A stretch of 64,000 nt of DNA from Octopus vulgaris (GCA_951406725.2 OX597815.1:177444001-177508000); one strand, 5' to 3'; positions 27,901 through 43,348 are shown, numbered from the stretch's first letter. Made by a program: numbers and translations. The notes: generated from the sequence alone by a model not told the origin.

Positions 27901-28619
27901 TGCATAATAAATCTGTCACTACGCTGCCATCTGAAAGTTTAACCTTTCTATCCAAAAGTTCGAAGTTAATTTTGGAAAAACGTAACGAGAATTTTATGTT
28001 AGACTTCAAGTTATAGTTTTGTGCGAAACAGTTACAGTAACACACACAAAAAAAATCTTGCATTCTTTCCCACACAAAAATGGGACGTCATCAATACACC
28101 AGAATATTGGTTTATGACCGCGAAGAAATTAACTGTTTCAAAATTTCTTATGAAAACTTTTAACTGCCTTAGGGTTATTCATGGCGCGTCCATTTGTCTG
28201 GTGTTAAAATATTTGTTTAAACTTTATTGTGTTAGACTTTAACATAAACTTCGATACTTAACTACGGAAATTTGAGGAAAGCATTTCTTTGACCGTTTTT
28301 CAAAGATGCAAATTGTTAGCCATATGTAGTTTGGAAGGGCTGTACACAAATACAAAAGGATGTCTTAGAGAAAGACTTAATGCAACCTGGAATAAAGTCA
28401 CAAACTGCCAGCATAACACACTCCATCATCTAGCGAGTAATGATTCTATTTTTCAAACGTCAGATTGGGGGATGCTATTGTAATTATAGACAAAGATGGA
28501 GATATTTAAACTCGTGTACAAGTTAAGCCCAAACACAATTACAGAAAGGAACTTGACAAAAGAACTTTGAGAATAGAGGAAGATGATTTCATAAATGGCA
28601 AGAAACAAGGATTTTGCAG

Positions 28620-30700
28620 TCAGGGCAAAAGAAGAAGAAAGAAAAGAAAACACCTGTATTTATGTCCGTCCAAGATACACAAAAAAAGTTTAAACATTTC
28701 CTCCATCACACGCACCTTCCAGTGTCGATATGAATGGTGTAGGCCACGGTTTTAGAGTGGTCGGATTATTTGTTTTGCAGGTTGTAGCGCAAGATTGGTT
28801 TTAATATTCGTAGTACGTTTCTTTTTTTTTTCCAAAATTAATAATTATTCTCAACACATATCATTAGGCATTCTCTTTTCTGTTATACGTCATAATATCT
28901 GGTCTTCGCTATTTCAATGGTTTTGTTCGTCTGAAAGTTATCCATAAGTGAATAATCGGTGTTACAGTTGTTTGGTTTTCACCTGAAATGCCCTCCCCAT
29001 AATTTTTCCACGTGATAGGTGTAAAATAATACAAGCCCTGTCATGATCTCGTTTGCATAATTTCCGTGCAAGCATTTTGTTGGCTGTTATAATGATTGAT
29101 ACTTGCCAGTCTCTGATTACACACGCGGCAAATGCCGTTAAAACACCGGTATAATCATCCTTACCCTGTGAAATACCTTATGTACTGGAGTAAGCACAAC
29201 ATCTTTTCCATTTTAGATTCAAAGCCTTCTCTCGTGGCGAGTCAAGATCTTTCGTTTTTATATTCACGGTGTTTCTTTGTGAAATATCCATGTAACTACA
29301 TAATTTCCAGTTTCACGTTCACAAATGCTGATCTTTGCTATCTATTTTTCTTTTCCATTCATCACCAATATGTTATAGTTCTACTACAGTAGGTTTATGT
29401 AATTCTTTGGGCATTCTTCAGAGACCTTTGTTCTGCAGTAACACTTTCAGGAAAGCTGATAAGCCCACTACCTTCAATCCCCTATTTCATGTAAATACGG
29501 TTGATATATTTGTTTTCGGGTGAAAGCTAGGATTTTTCTTGTTTCATCCAACTCACATTTCTAGAACTATTAATGCATCTGACAAAACGCTCACACGCTC
29601 TTCTCATTTATCATATTCTTTGAATTATACTTCGTCTTTAATACCTTCTCTTCATTTGCTGGCGTGTAATATCGTTGAGTTCCATTTTATGGAGACACTT
29701 GAATCCATTATCATTTGGTTCTTAATCTGCTCTTCTGATGCACATTTCCAATTAAAATTGTTTCTTTGCTCTTCGGTCACGAGCAGAGCTCTACAGTATG
29801 ATGTTCGACACTCATACCATTGCAGCATGCCGTTCCTCTCTTAGTAAGTCAACTGAACTATTTTCCCGATTTCATGTCTTCCATGGAGATTGGATTATTT
29901 AGACCTGGTGCTTTCCTCCATAGTTTGTATTTCAAGTTGGATTTTTGTTTTTACAATTTAGATAAAGAGTAAAAGCAATCAGAAATTACAACCAGAGAAA
30001 GAGGCAAATTAGAAGAAACATCTTTTAATGGCAACACGTCACTGAGATTGTAGGTTTCCCATGAAGGTCGTTTTGAATCCGTTATCCTAGTAGATAGAAT
30101 TTTGAGAATATTTTCAGCTGTGCTATTCCAACTGAAGGCAATATGCTGCTGTAACCCATTTGAAATTAGTGTGCCATGCTGAGGTAAGTTTGTCGTCTCT
30201 TCCAACACATCATTAATATTTTGTGAATCTTAGTCACCCTTGTCTTCTAATCGTTTCTTTTCTAATGATGTCTCTCGGGGAAATATTAGTAATTTCCATA
30301 AAAGATTGATGTTTAGTGATTGTCGATAATTTTCTACTGGTTTTCTTTCGTTTGGTCTTTATCAAATATTTTCCTTCCTTAACTATGCACTCCACTAAAT
30401 TTGTTATATTGCACACCTATTCAAAAACATCGCGATTTATCCGTGTAAGGATCTCATGTTTCATCCCAAACCGGTAATGTCTTTGTCTGCTGCAGAATGT
30501 TGTACTTAGTTATAGATGTTGCTTGGTACAGCTCAAGGACTTATAAAATGATTTGTTTCTTGTAATTCCATTACAGTTAATCGAGCAGCTTATAATTCCT
30601 ATCCAATGTGTTATTGTCTCTGCGCATTTGGTCCTATGCTTCCGTTGCTTCTCTTGTCTCATTTTATAAAAACGAAAACCTCTGCGCAAAATAAATTGCA
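28620..30700 (-). mobile_element. degenerate R4-type RLE retrotransposon
   Basis: FHPKT..RIY...EGSGLI (cf. HPK..RLY..GGRGL), CRVCNQRLASINH..RDHD, RRPDI. Confidence 0.65.
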
Positions 30701-31039
30701 AATACAGCTCAACTATTTATCTTGGTTGCTTTTACACATAATCCTTGCCGGCTAAGTTTAGGCATACATACATACATATATGTGTGTGTGTGTGTGAATT
30801 CTGGCAACCAGATCGCAAATATCATGGTAAGGCCAGATAGTAATAGTAAAAAATGGTAATTACAAAGTGTGACGTTGAGGAGAACTGGGGGTAGCTGCTA
30901 AACACATACAACAAACCATAACTAATGCTCCTGCTGGGATAAAACAAAATGCCCATTGAAGAACCACTGCATGAGTCGCAACGTTTTATATAAATGCACA
31001 AAAAAGTAGGCCCTTACACGTGCTTAGGTGCAGCGGCTG

Positions 31040-31405
31040 ATTTGTTAAAAAATCGCACGACAGAGCTGCACCGCATCTGAGATATTGTGGATCAAGATTT
31101 CTCTCCTCGGGGCCAGATCGGCATTCGAGAGTTCTTCTGCGAGGTTTTGAACCGTTCGTTGGAGGATATTCGGTGAACCGGAGGTGTGGAGCGCGAAGAG
31201 TTGAATTACTTACGATGACAATGCTCTGTCACCGAGCTCTCATCACTCGTAAGGTTCTCGCCATAAACAGCATGCTATTGCTTTCGCACCCAACTCCCAC
31301 TATTCGCAGATTTAGCAAGTGCAGACTTCTTCTCATAAAGAGGAAAATGCAGCACAAAGGTCGCTGTTTCCACACCATTGCCGAGATCCAGAGCAATCAG
31401 CTCTG
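31040..31405 (+). mobile_element. mariner transposase C-terminal remnant
   Basis: DNA..HRALIT, degenerate HPxYSPDLAxxDF (TATTCGCAGATTTAGCA..GACTTC), KGRCFHTIAEIQ. Confidence 0.7.
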
Positions 31406-32213
31406 AAATACGAAAATATACAATACACAGTAAAATACGGGCGAATTTAATGTCATTTGGGACAAAAACATCATAAACAGGAAGAATGAAGGGGAAATTT
31501 TAAAATGGGTATGAGAAATATCAGGTGTGAAAAACTGACTGATTTTTTAGAAAGTAGAAACTTTGAAATTATTAACAGATTGTTGAAGATTAAATTAAAT
31601 TGACAAATCGTTCAAAAACCGGAAAAGAACAATATATTGTATACCGTAAATAAACGCATAAATTAGCCACTTGAAAACATTATCCTGTTGTAAGGACAAT
31701 ATGTATGCTTAAAATAAGATAATAACAGAATTGGATTAGAATATCCGTGGGAGTTGGATTCCTCTCACAGCTGTCGCCGAAATTCTTGTAAGATGAACGG
31801 ATTGTACGCAACGTGAACTAAAGTTTTTCATTTCAAAACAAAACGTAACTGAATTTCGGAAAATTGAATCGACAAAATATTGGCCATGAACATACACTTA
31901 ATAGGCGATGCTACGCGCTTTCTCTTCCACGGTGTGCTTTGGTAAATAAGGTGATACAATGAAATGATGTAGTATTCGAGTTGTGTATTTTACCAATCTC
32001 GTGCCTTTAGCAGACGTATAGATAAGGATTAAAAACTATAGCACGCAGGCGACATGCAGCGAAAGATCATGGACCTCTAAAAATGACAGAACTTCTTATC
32101 AGTAGAGTATAAAAGGTGGAAGAAAACTGAAAATATACCATAAATATAGAAAGAGAGTAAACAGAATAAGTGCGTCAAACAAATGATTAACATTTATGTT
32201 AGAGAATGGAAAG

Positions 32214-32259
<46 letters not shown>

Positions 32260-32344
32260 CAGACAAGAAGGTAATACTTGGAACATGGTATAGCCGTGAA
32301 AACAGCATAAATATTGGATATTTTACCGTTATAAAACGAAAAGA

Positions 32345-32428
32345 GTTGTCAGCAAACAACGACGGGACTCGAACTCGCACCCATCTGATACTGGCTGATT
32401 ATTCTGACATTAAGCTAAATTATCCGCA
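32345..32428 (-). mobile_element. tRNA-like SINE head remnant
   Basis: TAGCTTAATG A-box-like and GTTCGAGTCC B-box-like motifs. No intact cloverleaf. Confidence 0.45.
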
Positions 32429-33347
32429 AGCATATATATATATATACATGTTTACTTTATTGTAAAAAAATATTCCTTCAATATTTATTGTGCGCCCCTT
32501 GTCTCTCTTTCCTCGTACTCTATCTCTTTCAACCTTTATTCTTACTCTCTCTTTCCACCCTTGCTTGCTTACTCTTGTACCTTTCTCTTCTTTCTTTACC
32601 ACTCTGTCTTCATTTCCTCTACTCCTTCGTTCTCTCTCTCTCTCTGTATACCATTTTCTCTCTATATATACTTCCCCTTCCCTACTATGTCATCGATTTC
32701 CAGTGAAGGTGGTATTGTCCTTTTTCACACTACCTTTCACCAGGCTGATCATGCTGGTCTGGGCCCCAGCTACGTCCATCAGGACTTACTCCATTTCGCC
32801 CTGCGCAACCCAACTAAGTTCGTTCGATAGATGCAAAGCTTTTTTCTGTTACTGCTTGTATTAAACTTATTCTTATTCTTAGCTTCTGTTTTATATAGTC
32901 CTAAGGCTTCGTTCTATTACACAGACACAATTGTGCGTTTGTTGTATTTATATAATGTCTTGTTTGTTTCTATCTCAGTATACATTCGCTAGCGTTTTCT
33001 CAGTAGCTGAAGGATAATGGCACGAAAAACTACGATGATATTTTGGCTCCTTGGTTGACGAGGCAAACTCAGCTACGAATATTACACGTATTGTGTCCTT
33101 GTCTATATACCCCGTTCGTTAAATTTTCGTCCACTTTTCCATTTGCTCTGCTTTCGTCTAAATTTTTCCCCCTGTGTTTTGTCTGTTCAACTCTTGATAT
33201 ATATGAGGCTAAGGCAATATTGGTCAGACATGTTTTATCCACCGTAACAGCAATAAATTTGTTCTTAAAATTTGAAATATACCGTAGATATATATTAAAT
33301 AACCTCAAGTTCGCTTATGCTGAAATATTGCTTGGCCTTGATACTGC

Positions 33348-33409
<62 letters not shown>

Positions 33410-33419
33410 GAAAAGGAAC

Positions 33420-33860
33420 ACACGAGTTGATATATATGAAAAAACAAGTCAAAATAGGAAATGATAAAATAATTTTATAAAGAACATTTCAGTACCGGTT
33501 TGGGTCATTTTGAGACCTTTTCAACTTTAACGATTAAATAATTAAATTTAGAAAAATTAAAAGAAAAGTTTTTTTAAAGGAATATTTGTATAGTGTTCAA
33601 ATATAAGTGGCATTCTGCCTTTCTCTGTCTCCCTTGTTTGCACTTGTGTGTTCGAGGCCGTTGTGAATTCTTGGTAGGGTAGAAGAAGAAGAAGGTTGAT
33701 GAGGAGAGGGGGTGGAAAAATTTGGGAGTGCCTTGATGGTCGTATTTTGAATGGTCAGTGGCGGCTAGCAGTTGCAGTTCAATTCAGGAGAATATTTCTA
33801 TTGAAAGGTTTGTTTATGGAATTTGCGTAGGTGTTCTACTAAAAAGCATTAGTGATAAAG
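33420..33860 (-). mobile_element. Penelope-like 3' fragment with degenerate hammerhead (33488-33529)
   Basis: KYSPELN-type terminus followed by UUGAAAA-GGUC(UCAAAAU)GACC-CAAA-CCGG-UA. Core is mutated. Confidence 0.45.
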
Positions 33861-34018
33861 TTAAGAAGTAGAAGGTGGAGCAGAAGAAGAAGAAGAAGAA
33901 GAAGAAGAAGAGTTAATCCAAACAAGAAAACACAGAAAAAAAGAGAAAAAAACACAGGCAACGCGAGGACGTGGAACAATTAAAGTATTATTGACACTCA
34001 GGAAAGAAGGGAAGGCGG

Positions 34019-34053
34019 GTTTAACGTTTCGAGCGGAGCTCTTCGTCGGAAAC
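34019..34053 (-). ncRNA. minimal hammerhead motif (Penelope-type, loop-less palindromic helix III)
   Basis: GUUU-CCGACGA-A-GAGC(UCC)GCUC-GAAAC-GUU-AAAC inside a ~200-bp repeat (33910-34117). Confidence 0.6.
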
Positions 34054-34112
34054 AAGGAGAAGGAAAGATCCCAAGAAGGGAAGACAGAGGAAAAATATTT
34101 TTGCTGGTGGTG

Positions 34113-34994
<882 letters not shown>

Positions 34995-34995
<1 letters not shown>

Positions 34996-35262
34996 AAGTA
35001 CCAGTTACGCACTGAGGTCGATGTAATCGACATAATCCGTTTGTCTGTCCTTGTTTGTCCCCTCTGTGTTTAGCCCCTTGTGGGTAGTAAAGAAATAGGT
35101 ATTTCGACTGTCATTACGTTCTGTGTTCAAATTTTGCCAAGGTTGACTTTGCCTTTCATCCTTTCGGGGTCGATTAAATAAGTACCAGTTACGCACTGGG
35201 GTCGATCTAATCGACTCCTCCTCCCTCAAAATATCGGGCCTTGAGCCTAGAGTAGAAAAGAA
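34995..35262 (+). mobile_element. SINE family A tandem fragment carrying both tail types
   Basis: ...GTGGGTAGTAAAGAAATA|GGTATTTCG junction, then body ending GGGCCTTGAGCCTAGAGTAGAAAAG. Confidence 0.85.
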
Positions 35263-35352
35263 TATATATATATGTGTGTGTGTGTGCGCGTGCGCGTTAG
35301 GGAAAGTGAAAGAGAGAGAGTGTGTATATGCATGTATTCATTTACGTATGAA

Positions 35353-35580
35353 TTTACTCTTTTACTCTTTTACTTGTTTCAGTCATTTGACTGCGGCCAT
35401 GCTGGAGCACCGCCTTTAGTCGAGCAAATCGACCCCGGGACTTATTCTTTGTAAGCCCAGTACTTATTCTATCGGTCTCTTTTGCCGAACCGCTAAGTGA
35501 CGGGGACGTAAACACACCAGCATCGGTTGTCAAGCAATGCTAGGGGAACAAACACAGACACACAAACATATACACACACA

Positions 35581-35620
<40 letters not shown>

Positions 35621-35785
35621 TACGACAGGCTTCTTTCAGTTTCCGTCTACCAAATCCACTCACAAGGCATTGGTCGGCCCGGGGCTATAGCAGAAGACAC
35701 TTGCCCAAGATGTCACGCAGTGGGACTGAACCCGGAACCATGTGGTTGGTTAGCAAGCTACTTACCACACAGCCACTCCTGCGCC
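35353..35785 (-). mobile_element. SINE family B, full length
   Basis: Reverse complement of the 21591 copy. Confidence 0.92.
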
Positions 35786-36611
35786 TATAGAATACATATA
35801 TATAAATAATATTATTGTCATTGTCAACAAAGTTGTCGTTCAACCATTAGTGTCACGATATTGCCAGTGTGATGTATATGGCCGTTCAGTTCCTGGTAAT
35901 CTAATTCATTTCCAAATTTCAAACAATACTCGTCTAAATTCATTAGAAGTAATCCTGTTCTTCGCCCTGATGTTGTAAAAATCGATCTAAATTTGACTCA
36001 AAATTCCATGGAGGCAATCAATTGTTCAAGGGCGCATAGTTCAATCAACCAATTCACTAATTCACACAACATATGTTCACCATAGCATGTGTGAATTGAT
36101 TTGCATAGACTGCGGTTGATAATATTATTATAGTAATGATAAAGATCACTCATATGTAGCCATTCAGTCACAAACAAGGAGCGGCAGCTGGTCCGTGCAG
36201 TAGATTATTATACATATATATTATTATACAAACATACATTTATATGTATATTTATACAGACACGGAAACACCTACACATATACACACACTCATATAGACA
36301 CACTGCCTTATAAATATGTATGTGTGTAAACTTTTCACTAATAAAACATCATGTATAAACTTATTAACTTGATATTTCACAATAGTTTTGGAACCACTGA
36401 CGGCAACCCTGTCGATAATACATAAAAATTCAGCGTTACCAATGCTTACACACACGCATACTCACACAAGCGCGCACACAGATGCCATCTGATGACAAAG
36501 TAAAACCAGTAGTTAAGAAATGACATTTATTTGTGAAGAATATTTTTAACAGATTTCCTACCGGAAATGTTCGATCTTCTATCAGATATTTTTTACACTA
36601 CTAAGGTACAG

Positions 36612-37290
36612 TATACGCGGTGCATTTCAAATGTTTTGAGCCATTTTCTAAAGAGACGTTGTTACAATTATCCTCGTTTATTGTAATATAATTACATCAT
36701 TACAATACATGTAATAAGCTGACCTGCCATTTTTATATTTCAGATTGAAAGGATACGAACGCGTCATCAATTCTAACAGACCCTACCAAATACATGTCAC
36801 AGATGATTTGTGTGCAGAATGCAGATGAAATGCTGGAATATTTGTGTTAAAGCGGGCAAAAATGGTACAGACATTTATGAAATGCCCCCGGCTGCTTATA
36901 AGATTGACTTCCGTGAGCTGAGTTCAGATTTTCGCTGGCGCAAGAGGTTAAAGTACTATAAAATGGAGGGGAAACGTAATGAGAGGTTGAAAAGAGGGAC
37001 GAAGACTGACGTTTGTCTATAAAGAGGAGAAGACAACATATTGGAGCTGGTGTAGAAGCTGCACATAAAGTTATTTAATGAAGATCTGAACATTCGCAAA
37101 AACTGTGCAGGGTTTTTTTTTTCCGAGAGGACTCAGTGACAAAACGGAACGATGCAGTGACAAAACGGAACGAAAGCAGGGAGGTTGAGCTCAATAGCGC
37201 CACTCGAAGAGTATTCGAGTCAGACGAATAGTGTATCTACTGTTATGATTCAAAGACCAAGAGACCGTGTTCCAAGCAGCCTGATCTTGG
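36612..37290 (+). mobile_element. mariner transposase remnant (N-terminal HTH to first catalytic D)
   Basis: CVKAGKNGTDIYEM..AAY..FRWRKR, then SDE*CIYCYDSKTKR. Confidence 0.7.
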
Positions 37291-37383
37291 TAATCTTTTA
37301 CTCACATTTATTCTTTTCTACTCTAGACACAAGGCTATACAAGCGCTAACCTCTGTCTCACACACAGAGAGGCACACGCGCAT

Positions 37384-37384
<1 letters not shown>

Positions 37385-37442
<58 letters not shown>

Positions 37443-37615
37443 TGTTTGTGTTTGTGTGTGTGTGTGTATGTTTGTGTTTGTGTGTGTGTGTGTGTATGTG
37501 TGTGCGTGTATGTTTGTGTTTGTGTGTGTGTGTGTGTATGTTTGTGTTTGTGTGTGTATGTTTGTGTTTGTGTGTGTGTGTGTGTCTGTGTGTGTCTGTG
37601 TGTGTCAGTGTGTGC
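37385..37615. repeat. (TA)n/(TG)n compound microsatellite
   Basis: Seen directly. Confidence 0.95.
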
Positions 37616-37999
37616 AAACACACACATGCATACTCACTCACATACACAGAGAATGAAATAAAACCAATAGCAAAATTCGGAATACATTTCATAAGTACGT
37701 TTCGGATAATTGCATAATAAATGCAAATAGAATTTCATCTCATACGCAAAATCATCTTCAGTTAAGACATATCTAACTGTCTAGATATTGTAATGTGTCT
37801 TAACTGAGAAAGATATTTCGTAATCGTAGAAACTGCGCAATTATCAGAAACGTACATATTGAATACTCTGGCATTATCATTATGTTGTTCGATTTAATTA
37901 TTTTAATTATTATACCTTAACAACTATATACTGATAGTAGCTAGTCAGTTCTGCCTCCATCGACACAGATTCTATAAAAAAGAACTGGGGTAGTTTGTT

Positions 38000-38396
38000 T
38001 TATTATTTTACTTGTTTCAGTCATTTGACTGCGGCCAGCTTGTTGCACCACTTCGGGGATGCCAAGCGAATAAATCGACCCCATAACATTTTCCTCTGAA
38101 AACCTGGTACTTATTCTATTAGTCTCTTTTAGCCAAATCACTAAGCTACGAGGACATAAACACACCAACACCGGTGTGTGTGAGGCATAGGCACAAAGAC
38201 ACACACACGCAAACATACATATGTATACGGCGGGCTTTTTTCTGTTTCTATCTACTAAATCCGCTCACATGAATTTGGTCGGCCAGGGGCTACAGTAGAA
38301 TACACTTACCTCATTACCACGCAGTGGGACTGAAACCGTAACCATCTGGTTGGGAAGCAAACTTATCACACAGCCACGACTGTGCCCGTATTTGTC
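38000..38396 (-). mobile_element. degenerate SINE family B
   Basis: TTACTTGTTTCAGTCATTTGACTGCGGCC tail and CACACAGCCAC head on the + strand. Confidence 0.8.
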
Positions 38397-38463
38397 TGTG
38401 TGTTTGCGTATGTACACATCTCTCTCTATATATATGTATATGTACATATACATATATATATAC

Positions 38464-38521
<58 letters not shown>

Positions 38522-39234
38522 TTGCATGTATGTATGTATGTATGTCATTTTTCAGTTTTATTTCAAGATTTCTTGCCAATACAGAAAGTGTCGGTTTCTA
38601 ACCTAGATCCAAGGCTCCTTCATTAGAATTCCAGAGAGTATATTTGTTGTTTTATGTGTATGTCCAGATTTGTATGTGTTGTTTTATATATGTCTTCTCA
38701 TGCATATAGTTACATATCTAGATATGCTCATATATATTTAAATGATAAATTCCTGGAAAGTTTTACAGATTTTTACAGTTCCAGTGATGGATTGGATCAG
38801 AAGTCTTCGAATTAGCTTTCTCCTTTCTGTTTTTTTAGAATCTTTATGTATGTACGTATGTAAAGTTTATTTTCTGATCAAAACTAAGGGAATATTCTGC
38901 TACCAAAATGATGCGAAATTTTGTGATTATAGTCCAACGCTACATGATCAGAGACAACGTGTCTCTGAACCTATACTTTAACTTATCGCTGTACTGTAAC
39001 TTTAAATATACCACAGAAATTATTTTAAAAAATGAGTCTAACTGATGACATGTTCAATGATTTTATAGCAAGTATTTTGACACGTAATAAATTGATAAAT
39101 GGAAATTCTGGCCGGAATTTAATCACAAGTAAAATCAGTAAAACTAATCGCTCCTCAATATATTCGCTGACAGCCCCGAAGTGTTGACGTTCCACCCATT
39201 ACCAAAGCATTATATTTAAAATATCACATTTTGA

Positions 39235-39288
<54 letters not shown>

Positions 39289-39726
39289 GAGTGAGCGAGC
39301 AGAGCATGCCATCAAAGTGACACTGGGGTAAAATATACGAAGCCCAGTATACCCATCATGACTACCTGTCTGATAAGGGTACACTAGGCACATGCATCAC
39401 AACCATATGTGCGCGACATGGTGATCTCATATCAAGATAAAGAGCACATGACCTTGCAGGTGGGGCCCAGTTAGAATTTTCTTCTGGTTGAGTAACCCAT
39501 CCCGCTCAAAAGGTCCCTGAATAAGGGTTGTTTAAGGATGTTGAACGAACCACCCATGTTTCCAAAGGTGAATTATTCAAACCCCAAAGAATCCCTCTCA
39601 ACACATGGCTATGATGCTCCCTCACTACTTCTGCTTGTGATCAGAGATGCACATATCATCAGCCACTAAGGGACATGTTCAACTAGTTACGGTCAAACAA
39701 CTGACAAGCAAATCTATGGTACTGAG
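39235..39726 (-). mobile_element. non-LTR retroelement 3' UTR fragment ending in (TAA)n
   Basis: GC-richer ~440-bp block with a (TAA)n tail on -. Family not determined. Confidence 0.5.
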
Positions 39727-40309
39727 ATGATATATATACATATATATATCTGAAATGTTGATGAACGTCTAAATGGAGACTTGAATGATGGTATACTAAT
39801 AGAAAAAAATGGAACATTTTATGAAGACGAAATTAGCATTTTCGGTAACAAGTACGAGTAAATATCTACTAACATACACCAGCCAGCTGGATGTTAGATT
39901 TTTCTGATATAGATTAACCTTATTATGCTTCAAACCCATCATTGTTGTTTTTAAATGAAAAATAAATAAATAAACAGATTGTTAATTAAAATATTATGAA
40001 TTTCGTTTGATCTCTTGCTATCACCCATAACTGGCGGGTTAATTACTGGTGTACCAATCAAAGAATTCGGAAGTTATCTCAATATCTTTCGGCGTATTTT
40101 CCACTTTCTCGGTAATAATAATGATAATATTATCATCAGTATTATTACGCCATTGTAGTCGGAAATATATGTTAAATTCTTTGAGAAAACTGACAAAACT
40201 TTAGCCTATTACGAAAACAGAAGAATATATAGTGAGAAACCGAAAGATTTTTTTTCGTGAATTTTATCCTTCGCAATGTCCTGAATGTATTGATGGTTAT
40301 TATCTAGTA

Positions 40310-40578
40310 TTAGTTTCAAATTTTGACACTAGGTCATCATATTTGGAGGAAATGTTAGTCAATTGCATCGACCCCAGTTCACCTCTGGTACTTTATCGAC
40401 TTGGTGTAATTTAAATGAATCGGTGAGACGGACCACGTAGGGCTGGGTTGCTACTTATTTTATCGACCCTAGTGTATGAAAAGCAAAGCCGAACTCAGCG
40501 GAATTTGAACTCAGAAGGGAAAGACGTATGAAATACCGGTAAGCATTTTGCCCGGCGCGCTAACGATTCTGCCAGCTC
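40310..40578 (-). mobile_element. degenerate SINE family A
   Basis: GGAATTTGAACTCAGAA..GAAATACCG..GCCCGGCGCGCTAACGATTCTGCCAGCTCG. Confidence 0.8.
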
Positions 40579-40879
40579 GATGACGTGTTTTAAGATTAAA
40601 AGCAAAACAAAAAAACCAAATCCTGATGTAGTACTGATAAAGTCATAGGAGCTGCATTATATATACATAGATAGACATACATAGAAAGGATAAGGGAAAT
40701 TATAGAAGGAACACCTCCAGGCAATCAATACAAATTCCAAAGCATAATTTAAAACACACAACGAAATAAATATAAATTTATAAATCAGTGAACGAAATTA
40801 CATGTAAATGTCATATGTGAAAACTATGCATCATGTACGTTGGTTTCAAGTACCAAATGGAGGAGTGAAACAAAAATTC

Positions 40880-41700
40880 GATGTGCGGGCTTCAAAAAGC
40901 ACTTCCATGGACGAGTGGTGAGGAAGAATAAACCAAATCGAAGGAAGTATTTAAATGTCTTACTGGCAATGTTGCGAAAAGCCCATAGCAGCAGCAAAAG
41001 TTCCTAAGATGGTTGGGCGCCTAATGTTTAATTGCCTTGCTTGGATGGTCTTGCTTACTTCAGTATTCTAGACGAGTGTGCAGACCTCTTTGCCGATATC
41101 TTCTGAGTCTAGCGTACAATAGAAGAGTTATTTGCCATGGAGAGTTATTTTGGATGGTAGCCATGAATAAGTGGTGCATGTGTGTATTGTTCTTTAGTTG
41201 AAGGAGGAAATTGGACACGTCATCGAATGGAAGTAGCATTCTTGTCCACAGAATCCGTATATTTCCATGTTTAAGATTTCAAAGGATCGCCGAGGTGTGT
41301 AAAATATTTGTCAACCACTCTGATGAAGGATTTTATACAACACTTCCATATAGAAAGATTTTAAATTAAGTACAACGTAAAGGCCTCGTTCAGCTGAGCA
41401 CTTAATGTCGGAAGATATTAATTAAAACCACTAAATTGCGGGGGAGGCATGATATTAATCTAGGACTTGAATCTAGTGCCCAGTGAACGGTGAATGCAAC
41501 ACACCAGCCATAATCTACAAAGAAAAATAGCATCAGCCTATTCCAACTATAAACGTACGGAAAGAGTCGTAGCAACAGCGACATCGTTTAAGGCTACGCT
41601 TCGTAATCACATATCTCCTTTCAGCCTATGCCACACCATTAGCCAGCTATATATGGCCATGTGAAAAGGATGTGACGCCTTATAACATGAAATAGTACTT
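40880..41700 (-). mobile_element. possible Gypsy integrase remnant
   Basis: Scattered motifs in integrase order: SHP..VWHRLKGD, GYHP, LLWAFRN, SFDLVY. Heavily decayed. Confidence 0.35.
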
Positions 41701-43348
41701 ACTGGAATGGTCTAACCGAATAGCAACAAAAGTAGGAGGGTAGACAGAGCTTAACAGGAGAAGAGAACTATTCTAACACGATATGAGCGCCCTCTTGATA
41801 TCGATAATCGAACGTTTGAATTACAAATGATTTGTTATAGCACACTTGCTATAATGTTTTATACTATTTGATCTAAGGTCGTGAATTCAATCAAATAGGC
41901 GAGGGTAAAGTTGTGTGATTCATCTCTAGATTATGTAGTTCGTAGTTAATGTTACATTTCAACGATTATAAAAACATCTGAACTTGAATTTAAAATTTTG
42001 TGTATGAACAATGTATTCGTATTTCTACTATATATCCTTGTGTTTATGAAATTTGCATTCTGAATTGGTTTCAATAAGATATATCGAAGAGATTTTCTCT
42101 TCGTAAGTTACGCTTAAGTTGATTAAATATTCAGAGAATGAACATAGGGCGCAGGCCGGGACCTGGCACTCAAGAGGTTATTCGGTCTGTATACTCTTGT
42201 GATTCAAGGACCCCACAAGTAAATTATATGGTAAAAGGAATGAATGTTGTTCGCTTTTTTAAATGTTTTGTCAGAAATATCTTTAATATTTAAATTGCAA
42301 TTTTACAATGTACGTAAATGTACATAACAAATTATATGGAATATGAATATTTATAAATGTAAATTATATGTTAATGATATGAAATAGATAAATTCTTGAA
42401 AGGAATATGATCGGTGTTACAGTTCTTATCCCATTGCACATTTGAATGAAACAAATATGCTAACTAGCAACATATGTCGAAGATTACGTTTAGCCTTTTT
42501 AAATATAGACTGAGTGACATTATGTCGATGAAGCGCATGCGTATGCTAATGGTTTCTCTACACACCCTTTTAGAGAATTTCCTTACAGGTCTAACAAGAT
42601 ACACAGATATACGAATACATGTACACAAGTAAGTACACACACACAGGCACACATACAAATACATACACACATGTAAACACCCACATATCACACACAAAGA
42701 CACACAAATTACACATATTCATACATATACACACTCATAAACACACACATACATACATATACGAGTATCTTCGTATTTGTGTGTTTAATTGCTTATTCAT
42801 GAGTATTGCATATATAACAGCAATTATATTATTTTAAAGCAAAATGTACCATGACCACCTTTCATCTTTTCCATATTGGTAAATGTTTCACCGAGACGCT
42901 TAGTAGTGCCATTTTAATAGTTTATAAAACCTGTGTAAATCGTTGTTCTGCCTACCAGCTGAACATCGGGGTTCGATTTGATCGAAATAGGCGCTCCCCC
43001 AATCCTGCAGGCCTTGCGCCGAAATTTGAGACCAATTGACGACGCGGGCGACGCGTTGGAAGAAACGTTAGAACGCCATGTCAAATGCTTATCGGCACTT
43101 CACCCGTCTTTACGTTCAACATGACCCTAATTCCTTCCCTTCTTATTCATTAGAACGTGTCGGTATTACTTGTCTGTAACATGCGTCAATCCTTGTGTAA
43201 TTTCCTAGTTCTTCTAACCGATTTCTATACTCTTCTTGTTTATTCTTCCATCTCAAAATATAATGCTACCAACATACAACGGCTCAGCAGTTTTTTTTTT
43301 ATTCTTGTGCATCATCATTGTTTATCTGTTAGTAGATATTAACTATTA

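Noticed and set aside
31211-31402. Strong-looking acceptor/donor pair on - (TTTTCGTATTTCAG ... GTAAGT)
   Set aside because: All three frames contain stops and the sequence is antisense mariner transposase. At most a non-coding exonisation.
33003-33035. GUAG-CUGAAGG..GAAA..CUAC hammerhead-like motif on +
   Set aside because: No helix II or III and no NUH triplet. Too degenerate (likewise the motif near 44775).
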